Assembly: GCF_000021865.1 (NCBI RefSeq)
Contig: NC_014034.1
Coordinates: 1,710,001 to 1,742,000 of the forward strand
Length of the DNA: 32,000 nt
Origin: Rhodobacter capsulatus SB 1003
GTDB lineage: Bacteria > Pseudomonadota > Alphaproteobacteria > Rhodobacterales > Rhodobacteraceae
Reading direction: 5' to 3'
In this document: in pieces, positions 14,173-22,210 of the stretch
Numbering within the stretch: position 1 is the stretch's first letter
Layout: the number at the start of each line of letters is the position of its first letter
Translations under genes and position numbers: made by a program
The notes under the pieces: generated by a model
Seen by the model: the letters and a program-made list of their open reading frames with translations, nothing else
Told to the model about the DNA's origin: nothing
Databases searched by the model: none

Positions 14173-15063
14173 TCAGATGCCTTCGCCGACGAAGGCCTTT
14201 TCCACCACGAATTCGCGCGGCTCGGAATTGGCGCCCTCGCGCAGGCCGTAGCTTTCCAGAACCTTCATCACATCGACGTTGAAGGCAAGCGAGCCGCAGA
14301 CCATCGCCCGGTCGGTTTCCGGGTTCATCGGCGTGATCCCCAGATCCTCGAACACCTTGCCCGAGGCGAGGTTGTCGGTGATCCGGCCCATGTGATGGAA
14401 CTCTTCGCGCGTGGTGGTCGGGTAGTATTTCAGCTTGCCCTCGACCAGCTCGCCGATCAGCGGGTCCTCTTGCAGCGCCTCGACCAGCTGGCGGCCGTAT
14501 TCCAGCTCGGCCACCGTGCGGCAGGTGTGCATCATGATGACTTCGTCGAATTTCTCATAGGCCTCGGGCTCGCGCATCAGCGAGGCGAAAGGCGCAATCC
14601 CGGTGCCGGTGGCCAGGAACCACAGCCGTTTGCCGGGCAGAAGCGCGTCGATCACCAGCGTGCCGACGGGTTTCGGGCGCAAGATGATCTGCTCGCCCAC
14701 CTTGATGTGCTGCAGACGCGAGGTCAGCGGGCCATCGGGCACCTTGATCGAGTAGAATTCGAGCTCTTCGTCCCAGGCGGGCGAGGCGATCGAATAGGCG
14801 CGCATGATCGGCTTGCCGTTGTCATCCAGCAGCCCGATCATCACGAATTCGCCCGAGCGGAAGCGCAGCGTCTGCGGACGCGTGACGCGGAACGAAAACA
14901 GCGTGTCGGTCCAGTGCCGGACAGAGGTCACCGTCTGCGCATCGGGCAGGACTTTCGCGGGGGCAATCGGCGTGGTCTCGTTCACGGTCGTCTCGTCTTT
15001 GAGGCCCGAAGGGGCGATGAAGAAGCGCCGCACCGGCGCATGCGAAGGCGCGGCAGGAAACAT
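14173..15063 (-). CDS. fpr: ferredoxin--NADP(+) reductase (bacterial subclass I FPR)
   Basis: RAYSIAS (FAD binding), FLATGTGIAPF (NADP binding) and the C-terminal ...EKAFVGEGI are typical of Azotobacter/Rhodobacter-type FPR. The start is uncertain: TTG 15072, ATG 15063 (used here, no RBS) or GTG 14985. Confidence 0.9.
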   Translation of the reverse strand: MFPAAPSHAPVRRFFIAPSGLKDETTVNETTPIAPAKVLPDAQTVTSVRHWTDTLFSFRVTRPQTLRFRSGEFVMIGLLDDNGKPIMRAYSIASPAWDEELEFYSIKVPDGPLTSRLQHIKVGEQIILRPKPVGTLVIDALLPGKRLWFLATGTGIAPFASLMREPEAYEKFDEVIMMHTCRTVAELEYGRQLVEALQEDPLIGELVEGKLKYYPTTTREEFHHMGRITDNLASGKVFEDLGITPMNPETDRAMVCGSLAFNVDVMKVLESYGLREGANSEPREFVVEKAFVGEGI

Positions 15064-15075
15064 GCGCCGCAATTA

Positions 15076-15119
15076 CCACAAAAGGCGGCGGCGTGCCATG
15101 ACTATGGGCAGATGCCGCC
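15076..15119 (-). terminator. candidate terminator at the end of the cys operon
   Basis: On the minus strand, GGCGGC...TGCCCAT-AGTC-ATGGCA...GCCGCC forms an interrupted hairpin followed by TTTTGTGG, 23 nt after the DUF934 stop. Confidence 0.45.
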
Positions 15120-15141
15120 TGCGACCTTTCGCGTCAAGCGA

Positions 15142-15528
15142 TCACGCTGTCGCAACCGAGCCGAACAGCCGCGCGCGATAGTCATGCGCCTGCCAGTCGG
15201 CGCGGGCGAGCCACTGCGCCTCGCCCTGCCGGGCGGCCAGATCTTCGGGGATCTCCACCTCGTCAAAGCCGGACCGCCGCGCCATGCCGTATTGATCGGC
15301 GATGATCGGCCCGCTGGCGCGCAGCCGCCCCGTATAGCCCGCGTCGCGGATCAGCCGGCCAAGGGTGAAGCCGCGCCCGTCCGAAAAGCTGGGGAAAAGC
15401 ACCTTGACGAGCTCTGCCCCCGCGATCAACCCGGCCAGCGCCTCGGGGGCGGTGGTGGGGGGAACCTCGACGGCCACCCCGGTGAAATCCTCGGGCGCAA
15501 AGCCCGTATCGCGCACGATCACGCTCAT
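15142..15528 (-). CDS. DUF934 protein associated with sulfite reduction
   Basis: Start at ATG 15528 (MSVIVRDTGF...), overlapping the cysH stop (ATGA, 15525-15528). 128 aa. FPSFSDGRGFTLGRLIR is the DUF934 core. Confidence 0.8.
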   Translation of the reverse strand: MSVIVRDTGFAPEDFTGVAVEVPPTTAPEALAGLIAGAELVKVLFPSFSDGRGFTLGRLIRDAGYTGRLRASGPIIADQYGMARRSGFDEVEIPEDLAARQGEAQWLARADWQAHDYRARLFGSVATA

Positions 15529-16289
15529 GCCACCTTGTCCTTGTCGCTGCCTTCGGTTGCGTCCTCGGCCGGTTTGACCCGCACCATCTTGCCGCCGATG
15601 AAATGGATGCCGCATTCGGTCTTTTGCGAGCCGCGCCAACGGCCTGCGCGCGGATCTTCGCCCGGTTTCACCGGCGAGGTGCAGGGCGCGCAACCGATCG
15701 AGGGATAGCCCTTGGCCACCAGCGGATGCCGGGGCAGGCGGTTTTGCACCATGTATTCTTCCAGATCCTCGCGCCCCCAATGCGCCAGCGGATTGATCTT
15801 CATCCGGTTGGGGGTTTCGACTTCAAAGAAATCGATCTCGGCCCGGGTCGCGCCCTGATAACGCTTGCGCCCGGTGATCCAGGCGTCAAAACCCGCAAGC
15901 GCGGTTTCCAGCGGCACGGTCTTGCGCAGATTGCAGCAGGCATCGGTGTTGAACTGATAAAGCGTGCCGTCGGGGTCATCCAGCGCCAGCGCGGCCTTGG
16001 TCGCGCGGATGGTGCGAATCTCCGACAGGCCCAGTTTCGAGGCGACCTCCTGCTGATAGGCGAGCGTTTCCGGAAACAGCATCATCGTGTCGACGAAAAG
16101 CACCGGCGTCGCCGGGGCGATCAAGGAGACCATGTGCAAAAGCACGACCGATTCCGCGCCGAACGAGCTGACCATCGCCACCCGCCCGGTGTCGGGATCG
16201 GCCAGCGCCTTTTCCATCACCGAAATGGCGGCGTGATGCCGGTAGCGCTCGTTCAGCCCCGCAACGCGGGGGCCGATGTCAGGCAGCAT
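15525..16289 (-). CDS. cysH: assimilatory adenylyl-sulfate (APS)/PAPS reductase, Fe-S type
   Basis: Start at ATG 16289, with GAGG 6 nt upstream and an 11-nt overlap with cysI. PAPS_reduct core SFGAESVVLLH, Cys pairs DACCNLRK and GCAPCTS, and the C-terminal ECGIH motif. Confidence 0.9.
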   Translation of the reverse strand: MLPDIGPRVAGLNERYRHHAAISVMEKALADPDTGRVAMVSSFGAESVVLLHMVSLIAPATPVLFVDTMMLFPETLAYQQEVASKLGLSEIRTIRATKAALALDDPDGTLYQFNTDACCNLRKTVPLETALAGFDAWITGRKRYQGATRAEIDFFEVETPNRMKINPLAHWGREDLEEYMVQNRLPRHPLVAKGYPSIGCAPCTSPVKPGEDPRAGRWRGSQKTECGIHFIGGKMVRVKPAEDATEGSDKDKVA

Positions 16290-17940
16290 CTTGGGCCTCG
16301 TCATAAAGCGCGGCGCGGAAGGGCTCGCGGCCAAGCCGGTGCAGCGCGGCAAGGAAGGTTTCGCCCTCCGAAAGCCGAAGCGTCAGATAGGCACGCACCA
16401 GCCGCTCGATCGCCGGGACAACCGCGTCATAGGCAAAGCCCGGCCCCATCTTTTCGCCGATCGCGGCTTCGGGGCCCTCGGCACCGCCAAGGGTGATCTG
16501 GTAATTCTCGGCCCCGGCGCGATCAAGCCCAAGGATGCCGATGGCGCCCAGATGGTGATGACCGCAGGCATTGATGCAGCCAGAGATTTTCAGAGGCAGC
16601 GGCCCGATGGTTTCGACCAGCCCCAGCGTCTCGAAATGCTGCGCGATCTCTTGCGCGAGCGGGATCGAGCGGGCGGTGGCCAGCGCGCAGTAATCCATCC
16701 CCGGGCAGGCGATCATGTCGGAAATCAGCCCGACATTCGCCGCCGCCAGCCCGACCTTGCGCAGCGCGGCATGAAGGGCGGGCAGATCGGCGCGCGCGAC
16801 ATGGGGCAGAACGATGTTCTGCATGTGGGAAATCCGCAGCTCGCCGTAGCCATGCAGATCGGCCAGATCGGCAACGGCCCGCATCTGCGCCGCCGAGACA
16901 TCGCCCGGTTCCTCGCCCGGGGTCTTGACCGAGATCGTCACCACCGCATGATCGGGGCGCTTGTGATCGGTGACCGAGTGCTTGACCCAGGCCGCGAAAG
17001 CCGGGTCGGTGACCTGCGCCGCGGCAAAGGGGGCGGGGTCTTTCGCGACCAGATCGGGCAGGGCGAAATGCGGGGTGATTTCCGCCAGAAGCGCCTGATC
17101 GGCGCCGGTGAATTGCGGGCGGATACGCTCGAATTCCTGCTCTACCAGATCGCGGAAGGGCTCGATCCCGGTCTCGAAGACGGTGATCTTGATCCGCGCC
17201 TTGTATTTGTTGTCGCGCCGCCCGATCAGGTTGTAGGCGGCCAGGATCGCCTCCAGATAGGGCAGCAGATCGGCTTTCGGAAGGAAATCGCGCAGCTCGG
17301 GCGCCAGCATCGGCGTGCGCCCCAGCCCGCCGCCCACCAGCACGCGAAAGCCGGTTTCGCCCCCGCGCTGGATCAGTTGCAGCCCGACATCATGGGCGCG
17401 GATCGCGGCGCGGTCCTCCGGGCTGCCGGTGATCGCGATCTTGAACTTGCGCGGCAGGAACTGGAATTCGGCATGATCCGAGGACCATTGCCGGATCAGC
17501 TCCGCATAGGGGCGGGGGTCTTCGATTTCATCCGCGGCGGCCCCGGCAAAGGCGTCGGTCGTGACGTTGCGGATGCAATTGCCCGAGGTCTGGATCGCAT
17601 GCAGCCCGTCATCGGCGAGCCGCTCCAGAATGTCGGGCGTGTCGGTCAGCTTGATCCAGTTGAACTGGATGTTCTGGCGGGTGGTGAAATGGCCATAGCC
17701 GCGGTCGAACCGGTCGGCCACATCGGCGAGCGCCCGCATCTGGTTCGACGAGAGCGTGCCATAGGGGATGGCGACGCGCAGCATGTAGGCATGCAGCTGC
17801 AGATAAAGCCCGTTCATCAGCCGCAGCGGGCGGAATTCCTCCTCGGTCAGGCTGCCGTCCAGCCGTCGCGCCACCTGATCGCGAAACTGCGCCACGCGGT
17901 TGCGCACGAAGGCTTCGTCGAAGTCGGAATATTCATACAT
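16279..17940 (-). CDS. cysI: sulfite reductase hemoprotein (siroheme/4Fe-4S)
   Basis: 553 aa with duplicated nitrite/sulfite reductase ferredoxin-like halves. Cluster/siroheme Cys motifs TSGNCIRN and ACPGMDYC...GCINACGHHH. Confidence 0.95.
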   Translation of the reverse strand: MYEYSDFDEAFVRNRVAQFRDQVARRLDGSLTEEEFRPLRLMNGLYLQLHAYMLRVAIPYGTLSSNQMRALADVADRFDRGYGHFTTRQNIQFNWIKLTDTPDILERLADDGLHAIQTSGNCIRNVTTDAFAGAAADEIEDPRPYAELIRQWSSDHAEFQFLPRKFKIAITGSPEDRAAIRAHDVGLQLIQRGGETGFRVLVGGGLGRTPMLAPELRDFLPKADLLPYLEAILAAYNLIGRRDNKYKARIKITVFETGIEPFRDLVEQEFERIRPQFTGADQALLAEITPHFALPDLVAKDPAPFAAAQVTDPAFAAWVKHSVTDHKRPDHAVVTISVKTPGEEPGDVSAAQMRAVADLADLHGYGELRISHMQNIVLPHVARADLPALHAALRKVGLAAANVGLISDMIACPGMDYCALATARSIPLAQEIAQHFETLGLVETIGPLPLKISGCINACGHHHLGAIGILGLDRAGAENYQITLGGAEGPEAAIGEKMGPGFAYDAVVPAIERLVRAYLTLRLSEGETFLAALHRLGREPFRAALYDEAQDAA

Positions 17941-18247
17941 GTGCGGCGTCCTTGGCGGCGGCTTCTTTCGTCGGGCGGATCGAGGGGCCTTTGGCGCGGA
18001 ACTGCTCGCGCAGCGCCACCGGCACCGGGCCCTGCGGTCCTTGCGTCACATCCACCAGATAGACGCCCACCGCAACCGTCGTGTGACCCATCGCGGAAAG
18101 CAGGCGCAGCTGCGCCTCGGCCTCGTCGGTCAGCACTTCGGCTTCTGCAATGTCACGCACCCAGGTCTCGGCGGCCGAGAAATAGACGACGTGACCGGCG
18201 CGCAGATCATTGGCGCTGACGACTTTCGGAACGAAGGAACGACTCAT
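17933..18247 (-). CDS. DUF2849 protein (sulfite-reductase-linked)
   Basis: Start at ATG 18247, overlapping the cobA stop (ATGA, 18244-18247). Its stop overlaps the cysI start by 8 nt. 104 aa, VVSANDLRAGHVVYF... Confidence 0.75.
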   Translation of the reverse strand: MSRSFVPKVVSANDLRAGHVVYFSAAETWVRDIAEAEVLTDEAEAQLRLLSAMGHTTVAVGVYLVDVTQGPQGPVPVALREQFRAKGPSIRPTKEAAAKDAAHV

Positions 18248-19035
18248 ATCACGGCCTCGAGCGATTGGGCGGCGGCCGCGCGCGGGGCGAGACCGAACAG
18301 GATGACGGCGGGACCTTCCAGACGCGCGGCGGCGGCGGGCAGATCGGCCAGGGTGGTGGCGATCACGCGCTCCTCGGCGCGGGAAACATTTTCTACGAGC
18401 GTGACCGGCGTCGTGGCAAGGGCGCCGTGCATCATCAACCGCCCTTGCAGGAACCTTGCGGCCTTCTTGCCCATGTAGATCGCGGCAACGGCGCCCGGAC
18501 GGGCAAGGCCCGCCCAATCCGCCTCGGCGAAACCGGCGACGTCATGGCCGGTGATCAGGCGCAGCTCGCGGTTGCGGCCGCGCTCGGTCAGGCTTTGCCC
18601 AAGGCCTGCCGCGGCGGCCGAGGCGGCGGTGATCCCGGGCAGGACGGTGAAGCCGATCCCGGCAGCTTCAAGCGCGTCCAGTTCCTCGCCCAGACGGCCG
18701 AAGACGCCCGGATCGCCGGATTTCAGCCGCAGCACATTGCGCCCGGCCTGCGCAAAGCCCAGCATCAGCGCGATGATCTCCTCCTGCGGCATATGGGCGC
18801 CAAAGCCGGTCTTGCCGGTCTCGATCACCTCCGCCTGCGGTCCGGCCAGCGCCAGCACCTCGGCCGAGACCAGCCGGTCATGCAAGATCACATCGGCCGC
18901 AGCCAGCGCCCGCGCCACCGCCAGCGTCAGATGATCCGCACAGCCCGGACCGGCCCCTGCCAGGGTGACATGGCCAGTGCGATGGTCCGTGCGGCGGGGG
19001 GCTTGGGTCTCGGAGGTGCGAAGGATCTGGGTCAT
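18244..19035 (-). CDS. cobA: uroporphyrinogen-III C-methyltransferase (siroheme branch)
   Basis: AAGGAG lies 6 nt before ATG 19035. VTLAGAGPGCADHLTL, LKSGDPGVFGR and VLPGITAASAAAA are SUMT signatures. 263 aa with no CysG N-terminal dehydrogenase domain. Confidence 0.9.
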   Translation of the reverse strand: MTQILRTSETQAPRRTDHRTGHVTLAGAGPGCADHLTLAVARALAAADVILHDRLVSAEVLALAGPQAEVIETGKTGFGAHMPQEEIIALMLGFAQAGRNVLRLKSGDPGVFGRLGEELDALEAAGIGFTVLPGITAASAAAAGLGQSLTERGRNRELRLITGHDVAGFAEADWAGLARPGAVAAIYMGKKAARFLQGRLMMHGALATTPVTLVENVSRAEERVIATTLADLPAAAARLEGPAVILFGLAPRAAAAQSLEAVI

Positions 19036-19164
19036 GGTGGTCTCCTTTCGCGCAATATAGGAAATTTTTCCCCGTGAGCGCCATGCCCCCTTGCGAATAA
19101 GGAACTTCGTTTTCTATCCTGGCTCCGACAGAGGATATTTCCTGCAAAACGGGGGAAAAGGCGA

Positions 19165-19626
19165 ATGGCGGTCCGGTTGGACGAGATGGATCGGAAGATC
19201 CTGTTTCAGATGCAGGAAGACGCGAGCCAGTCGCTCGACGAGATCGCGCGCAAGGTGGGCTCGTCGAAGACCCCGGTGTGGAACCGGATCCGCAAGATGA
19301 AGGATCTGGGCGTGATCGGGCGGCAGACGGTGCTGCTCGACGCCGAGGCGCTGGGGCTGGAGGCCTGTTTCTTCGTGCTGATCCGGACCTCGGAACACGA
19401 AGCCGACTGGCAGCGCCGGTTTCTGGCGACGCTGCGCGCGCGCCCCGAGGTGCTGGAAGCGCATCGGCTGGCGGGCGATATCGACTATATCCTGAAGGTG
19501 CGGGTGAAGAACGCGCGCGCCTATGATCTGTTTTATCAGGCGCTGATCTCCGAGGTGAAGATCTACAACGTCACAGCACTTCTGAGCATGGAAGAGATCA
19601 AGTCGACGACGATTCTGCCGGTGTGA
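19165..19626 (+). CDS. lrp: Lrp/AsnC family transcriptional regulator
   Basis: 153 aa. It has an N-terminal HTH (LDEMDRKILFQMQEDASQSLDEIARKVGSSKTPVWNRIRKM) and an AsnC-type ligand domain. It is divergent from the cys operon. Confidence 0.9.
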   Translation: MAVRLDEMDRKILFQMQEDASQSLDEIARKVGSSKTPVWNRIRKMKDLGVIGRQTVLLDAEALGLEACFFVLIRTSEHEADWQRRFLATLRARPEVLEAHRLAGDIDYILKVRVKNARAYDLFYQALISEVKIYNVTALLSMEEIKSTTILPV

Positions 19627-19632
19627 CCCGGT

Positions 19633-19769
19633 CGGGCCGGGCAGGGGGGCGCTGCCCCCTCTGGCCTCGCGGCCATTCACCCCCCGGGATATTTGGAGCA
19701 AGATGAAAAACAACCGGAGCTGATTTCATCTTGCTCCAAATATCCCGGGGGTCTGGGGGCAGCGCCCCC
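19633..19769. repeat. composite palindromic intergenic element, copy A
   Basis: Perfect 28-bp arms at 19681-19708 and 19724-19751 with a 15-nt loop. Outer GGGGGGCGCTGCCCCC (19644-19659) and GGGGGCAGCGCCCCC (19755-19769). Confidence 0.9.
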
Positions 19770-19778
19770 AGCCTCGCC

Positions 19779-20522
19779 TCAGGCCGCGTCGAGCGCGCTC
19801 AGGATCGCGCCGAAATCGGCGGCCTTGAGCGAAGCGCCGCCCACCAGCGCGCCATCGACATTCGAGGTGGCAAAGATCTCGGTCGCGTTCGAGGGTTTCA
19901 CCGAGCCGCCGTAAAGAAGCCGCATGCCTTCGCCCTCGGCGCCGAAGCGCGCGACCAGTTCCGCGCGCAGGAAATCATGCACTTCGGCGATCTGTTCCAG
20001 CGTCGGCGTGCGGCCGGTGCCGATCGCCCAGACGGGTTCGTAGGCGATGACAGTATTCGCCGCGGTGGCGCCGTCCGGAACCGAGCCCGCCAGCTGCGCG
20101 CCGACCAGTGCCAGCGTCTCGCCCGCATCGCGCTGCGCTTCGGTCTCGCCAACGCAGATCACCGCGACCAGACCCGCGGCGCGGGCAGCGGTGGCCTTGG
20201 CGCAAACCATCTCCGAGCTTTCGCCATGATCGGCGCGGCGTTCGGAATGGCCGAGGATCACATGGGAGGCGCCGCAATCGGCCAGCATTTCGGCCGCGAT
20301 GTCACCGGTATGCGCGCCCGCGGCCTTCATGTGGCAATCCTGCCCGCCGACCGCGATCCTGCCCGCCGCCGTCGCCACCATCGCCGCGACCAGCGTCGCG
20401 GGCGGGCACAGCAGAACTTCGGATTTCGGATCGGGATGCGCCGCGATCAGCGCCGCCACTTCGGCCAAGCTTGCCTTGGTGCCGTTCATCTTCCAGTTGC
20501 CCGCGGCCAATTTTCTGCGCAT
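19779..20522 (-). CDS. tpiA: triosephosphate isomerase
   Basis: 247 aa with [17 protein letters not shown] and [11 protein letters not shown] signatures. Confidence 0.95.
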   Translation of the reverse strand: MRRKLAAGNWKMNGTKASLAEVAALIAAHPDPKSEVLLCPPATLVAAMVATAAGRIAVGGQDCHMKAAGAHTGDIAAEMLADCGASHVILGHSERRADHGESSEMVCAKATAARAAGLVAVICVGETEAQRDAGETLALVGAQLAGSVPDGATAANTVIAYEPVWAIGTGRTPTLEQIAEVHDFLRAELVARFGAEGEGMRLLYGGSVKPSNATEIFATSNVDGALVGGASLKAADFGAILSALDAA

Positions 20523-20591
20523 TCCTGCCTCCTTGCCAAAGTCGGGCGCAGATTAGGCAGGCGCGCGGCCCGTGCAAGCAAGAAATGGGCC

Positions 20592-20951
20592 TCAGCCCGC
20601 GGGCGCGTCGCGGAACTTCACCGATTCGCCGCAGCCGCAGCTTTCGACCACATTCGGGTTGCGGAACTTGAAGCCCGATTCGAGCATCGTTTCCTCGTAG
20701 TCGATTTCGGTGCCCAGCAGGAACATCTGGGCCAGCGGCGCGATCAGCACGCGGGCCGGGCCTTCCTCGACGACGATATCCATCGGATCGGCCTCGGAGG
20801 CGATTTCCATCGTGTATTCCATGCCCGCACAGCCGCCCTTCTTGACGCCGATGCGGAACCCGGCGGCGCCTTCGCGCGCCATCAGCTCGGCGATCTGGGC
20901 GACGGCCGCGGGGGTCAGGGTGACGGGGGGCTTGCCGGGGAGTGCGAACAT
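20592..20951 (-). CDS. erpA: iron-sulfur cluster insertion protein (HesB/IscA/ErpA family)
   Basis: Start at ATG 20951 after AAGGAG; the track ORF extends to 21155 into the upstream gene. 119 aa with GGCAGMEY and the C-terminal CGCGESV motif. Confidence 0.9.
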   Translation of the reverse strand: MFALPGKPPVTLTPAAVAQIAELMAREGAAGFRIGVKKGGCAGMEYTMEIASEADPMDIVVEEGPARVLIAPLAQMFLLGTEIDYEETMLESGFKFRNPNVVESCGCGESVKFRDAPAG

Positions 20952-20971
20952 GGGGGGCTCCTTTCGCCTCA

Positions 20972-21000
20972 AGATAGGCGTGCGGGGGCGGTCCGGCAAG
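20972..21000 (-). promoter_or_regulatory. candidate RpoH-type promoter CTTG-N18-CCTATCT upstream of erpA
   Basis: On the minus strand: CTTG (21000-20997), an 18-nt spacer, CCTATCT (20978-20972), 20 nt before ATG 20951. Same geometry as 509-537. Confidence 0.35.
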
Positions 21001-21021
21001 CGGCCGGGCCGCCCGGAGAGA

Positions 21022-22095
21022 TCAGGGCAGGGCGGGATAGTCGGTGTAGCCCTCGGCGCCGCCGCCATACATCTGCGCCAGCCGCAGCGGGTTCCATTCG
21101 GCGTTCCGTTCCAGCCGCGCCACCAGATCGGGGTTGGCGATGAAGGGCTTGCCAAAGGCCACCGCGTCGGCCGTGCCCGTTGTCACCGCGGCCAGCGCGC
21201 TGTCACGATCGTAGCCGTTATTGGCGACATAGGGCGCGCGGATCGCCTCGCGCAGCGCTTCCAGCTCGCCCGCGGGCCAGTCGCGCGGGCCACCGGTCTG
21301 ACCCTCGACCATATGGACAAAGGCCAGCGGCCGGTCGTTCAGCGCGGCGATGGCGGCGCCGAAGAGCGCGGGCGTGTCGCTGTCGAGGCCGATATTGTTG
21401 GCGTTCGAGAAGGGCGAGAGCCGCACGCCGACCCGCCCCGGGCCCCAGACCGCGACGCAGGCATCGACGGCGCCCAAAAGGAAGCGGATGCGGTTTTCGA
21501 CCGGGCCGCCCCAGCCGTCGCTGCGCTTGTTCGACGTGTCACGCAGGAACTGGTCGATCAGATAGCCGTTCGCGCCATGCACCTCGACCCCGTCGAAGCC
21601 CGCCTGTTTCGCCAGCTGCGCCGCATGGCCGTAATCGAGGAAGGTGCGTTCGATGTCTTCCTCGGTCATCTCGCGCGGCATGCCCGTTTCGACGAAGCCC
21701 TTGCCGTCAAAGGTTTTCGAAGCCGCCGACAGCGCCGAGGGGGCGACCGGCGTCAGCCCCTCGATGATCGTCTCATGCGAGACGCGCCCGACATGCCAAA
21801 GCTGGATCACGATCTTGCCGCCTTCGGCATGCACCGCGTCGGTGACCCGGGCCCAGGCCGCCGCCTGCGCCTCGCTGTGGATGCCCGGCGTCCAGGCATA
21901 GCCCTGCCCGACAGGCGAGATCTGCGCGCCCTCGGTGACGATCAGCCCGGCGGTCGCGCGCTGGCGGTAATATTCCACCGTCAGATCGGTGGGCATCCGG
22001 TCGGGGGCGCGGTTGCGGGTGAGCGGCGCCATCACGACGCGGTTGGCGATGGAAATTTCCCCGAGATGGCCGGGGGAAAACAGGGTGTCGGTCAT
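21022..22095 (-). CDS. NADH:flavin oxidoreductase / alkene reductase (Old Yellow Enzyme family)
   Basis: 357 aa. GGAGGG RBS. VMAPLTRNRA, GLIVTEGAQISP, LWHVGRVSH and GFDGVEVHGANGYLIDQF are OYE/NemA-type motifs. Confidence 0.9.
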   Translation of the reverse strand: MTDTLFSPGHLGEISIANRVVMAPLTRNRAPDRMPTDLTVEYYRQRATAGLIVTEGAQISPVGQGYAWTPGIHSEAQAAAWARVTDAVHAEGGKIVIQLWHVGRVSHETIIEGLTPVAPSALSAASKTFDGKGFVETGMPREMTEEDIERTFLDYGHAAQLAKQAGFDGVEVHGANGYLIDQFLRDTSNKRSDGWGGPVENRIRFLLGAVDACVAVWGPGRVGVRLSPFSNANNIGLDSDTPALFGAAIAALNDRPLAFVHMVEGQTGGPRDWPAGELEALREAIRAPYVANNGYDRDSALAAVTTGTADAVAFGKPFIANPDLVARLERNAEWNPLRLAQMYGGGAEGYTDYPALP

Positions 22096-22210
22096 CTGAC
22101 CCTCCGTTCAAGAAGACCCCCACCGTAAAGGATCGGCGCAAGGGGACAAGGGCGCTGCCGCACAGGGGGGCCGTCCGCTCCGCACAGCCCGGCGTGCCGC
22201 CCCCGCAAGC

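Noticed and set aside
16276-18219. 647-aa plus-strand ORF
   Set aside because: It is antisense to cysI and DUF2849, and cysI on the minus strand has unmistakable sulfite reductase motifs.
19128-19162. GAGGATATTTCCTGCAAAACGGGGG resembles the palindromic element core GGGATATTTGGAGCAAGATGAAA
   Set aside because: Only GGATATTT and GCAA match. There is no partner arm and there are no outer GC mini-hairpins. It is more likely an AT-rich promoter or operator sequence.
19693-19914. Small ORFs reading through the palindromic elements (for example ...SSCSKYPGG..., ...FILLQISRG..., and the N-terminal extensions of track ORFs 24103..24900, 19114..19713 and 29261..30835)
   Set aside because: The same peptides appear on both strands because the DNA is palindromic. 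There is no RBS, and the true downstream genes have their own well-placed starts.
22150-22190. GGGCGCTGCC...GGGGGGCCGTCCGC resembles the outer module of the palindromic elements
   Set aside because: It is short, GC-rich and lacks the AT-rich core. It cannot be told apart from chance similarity without a genome-wide model.
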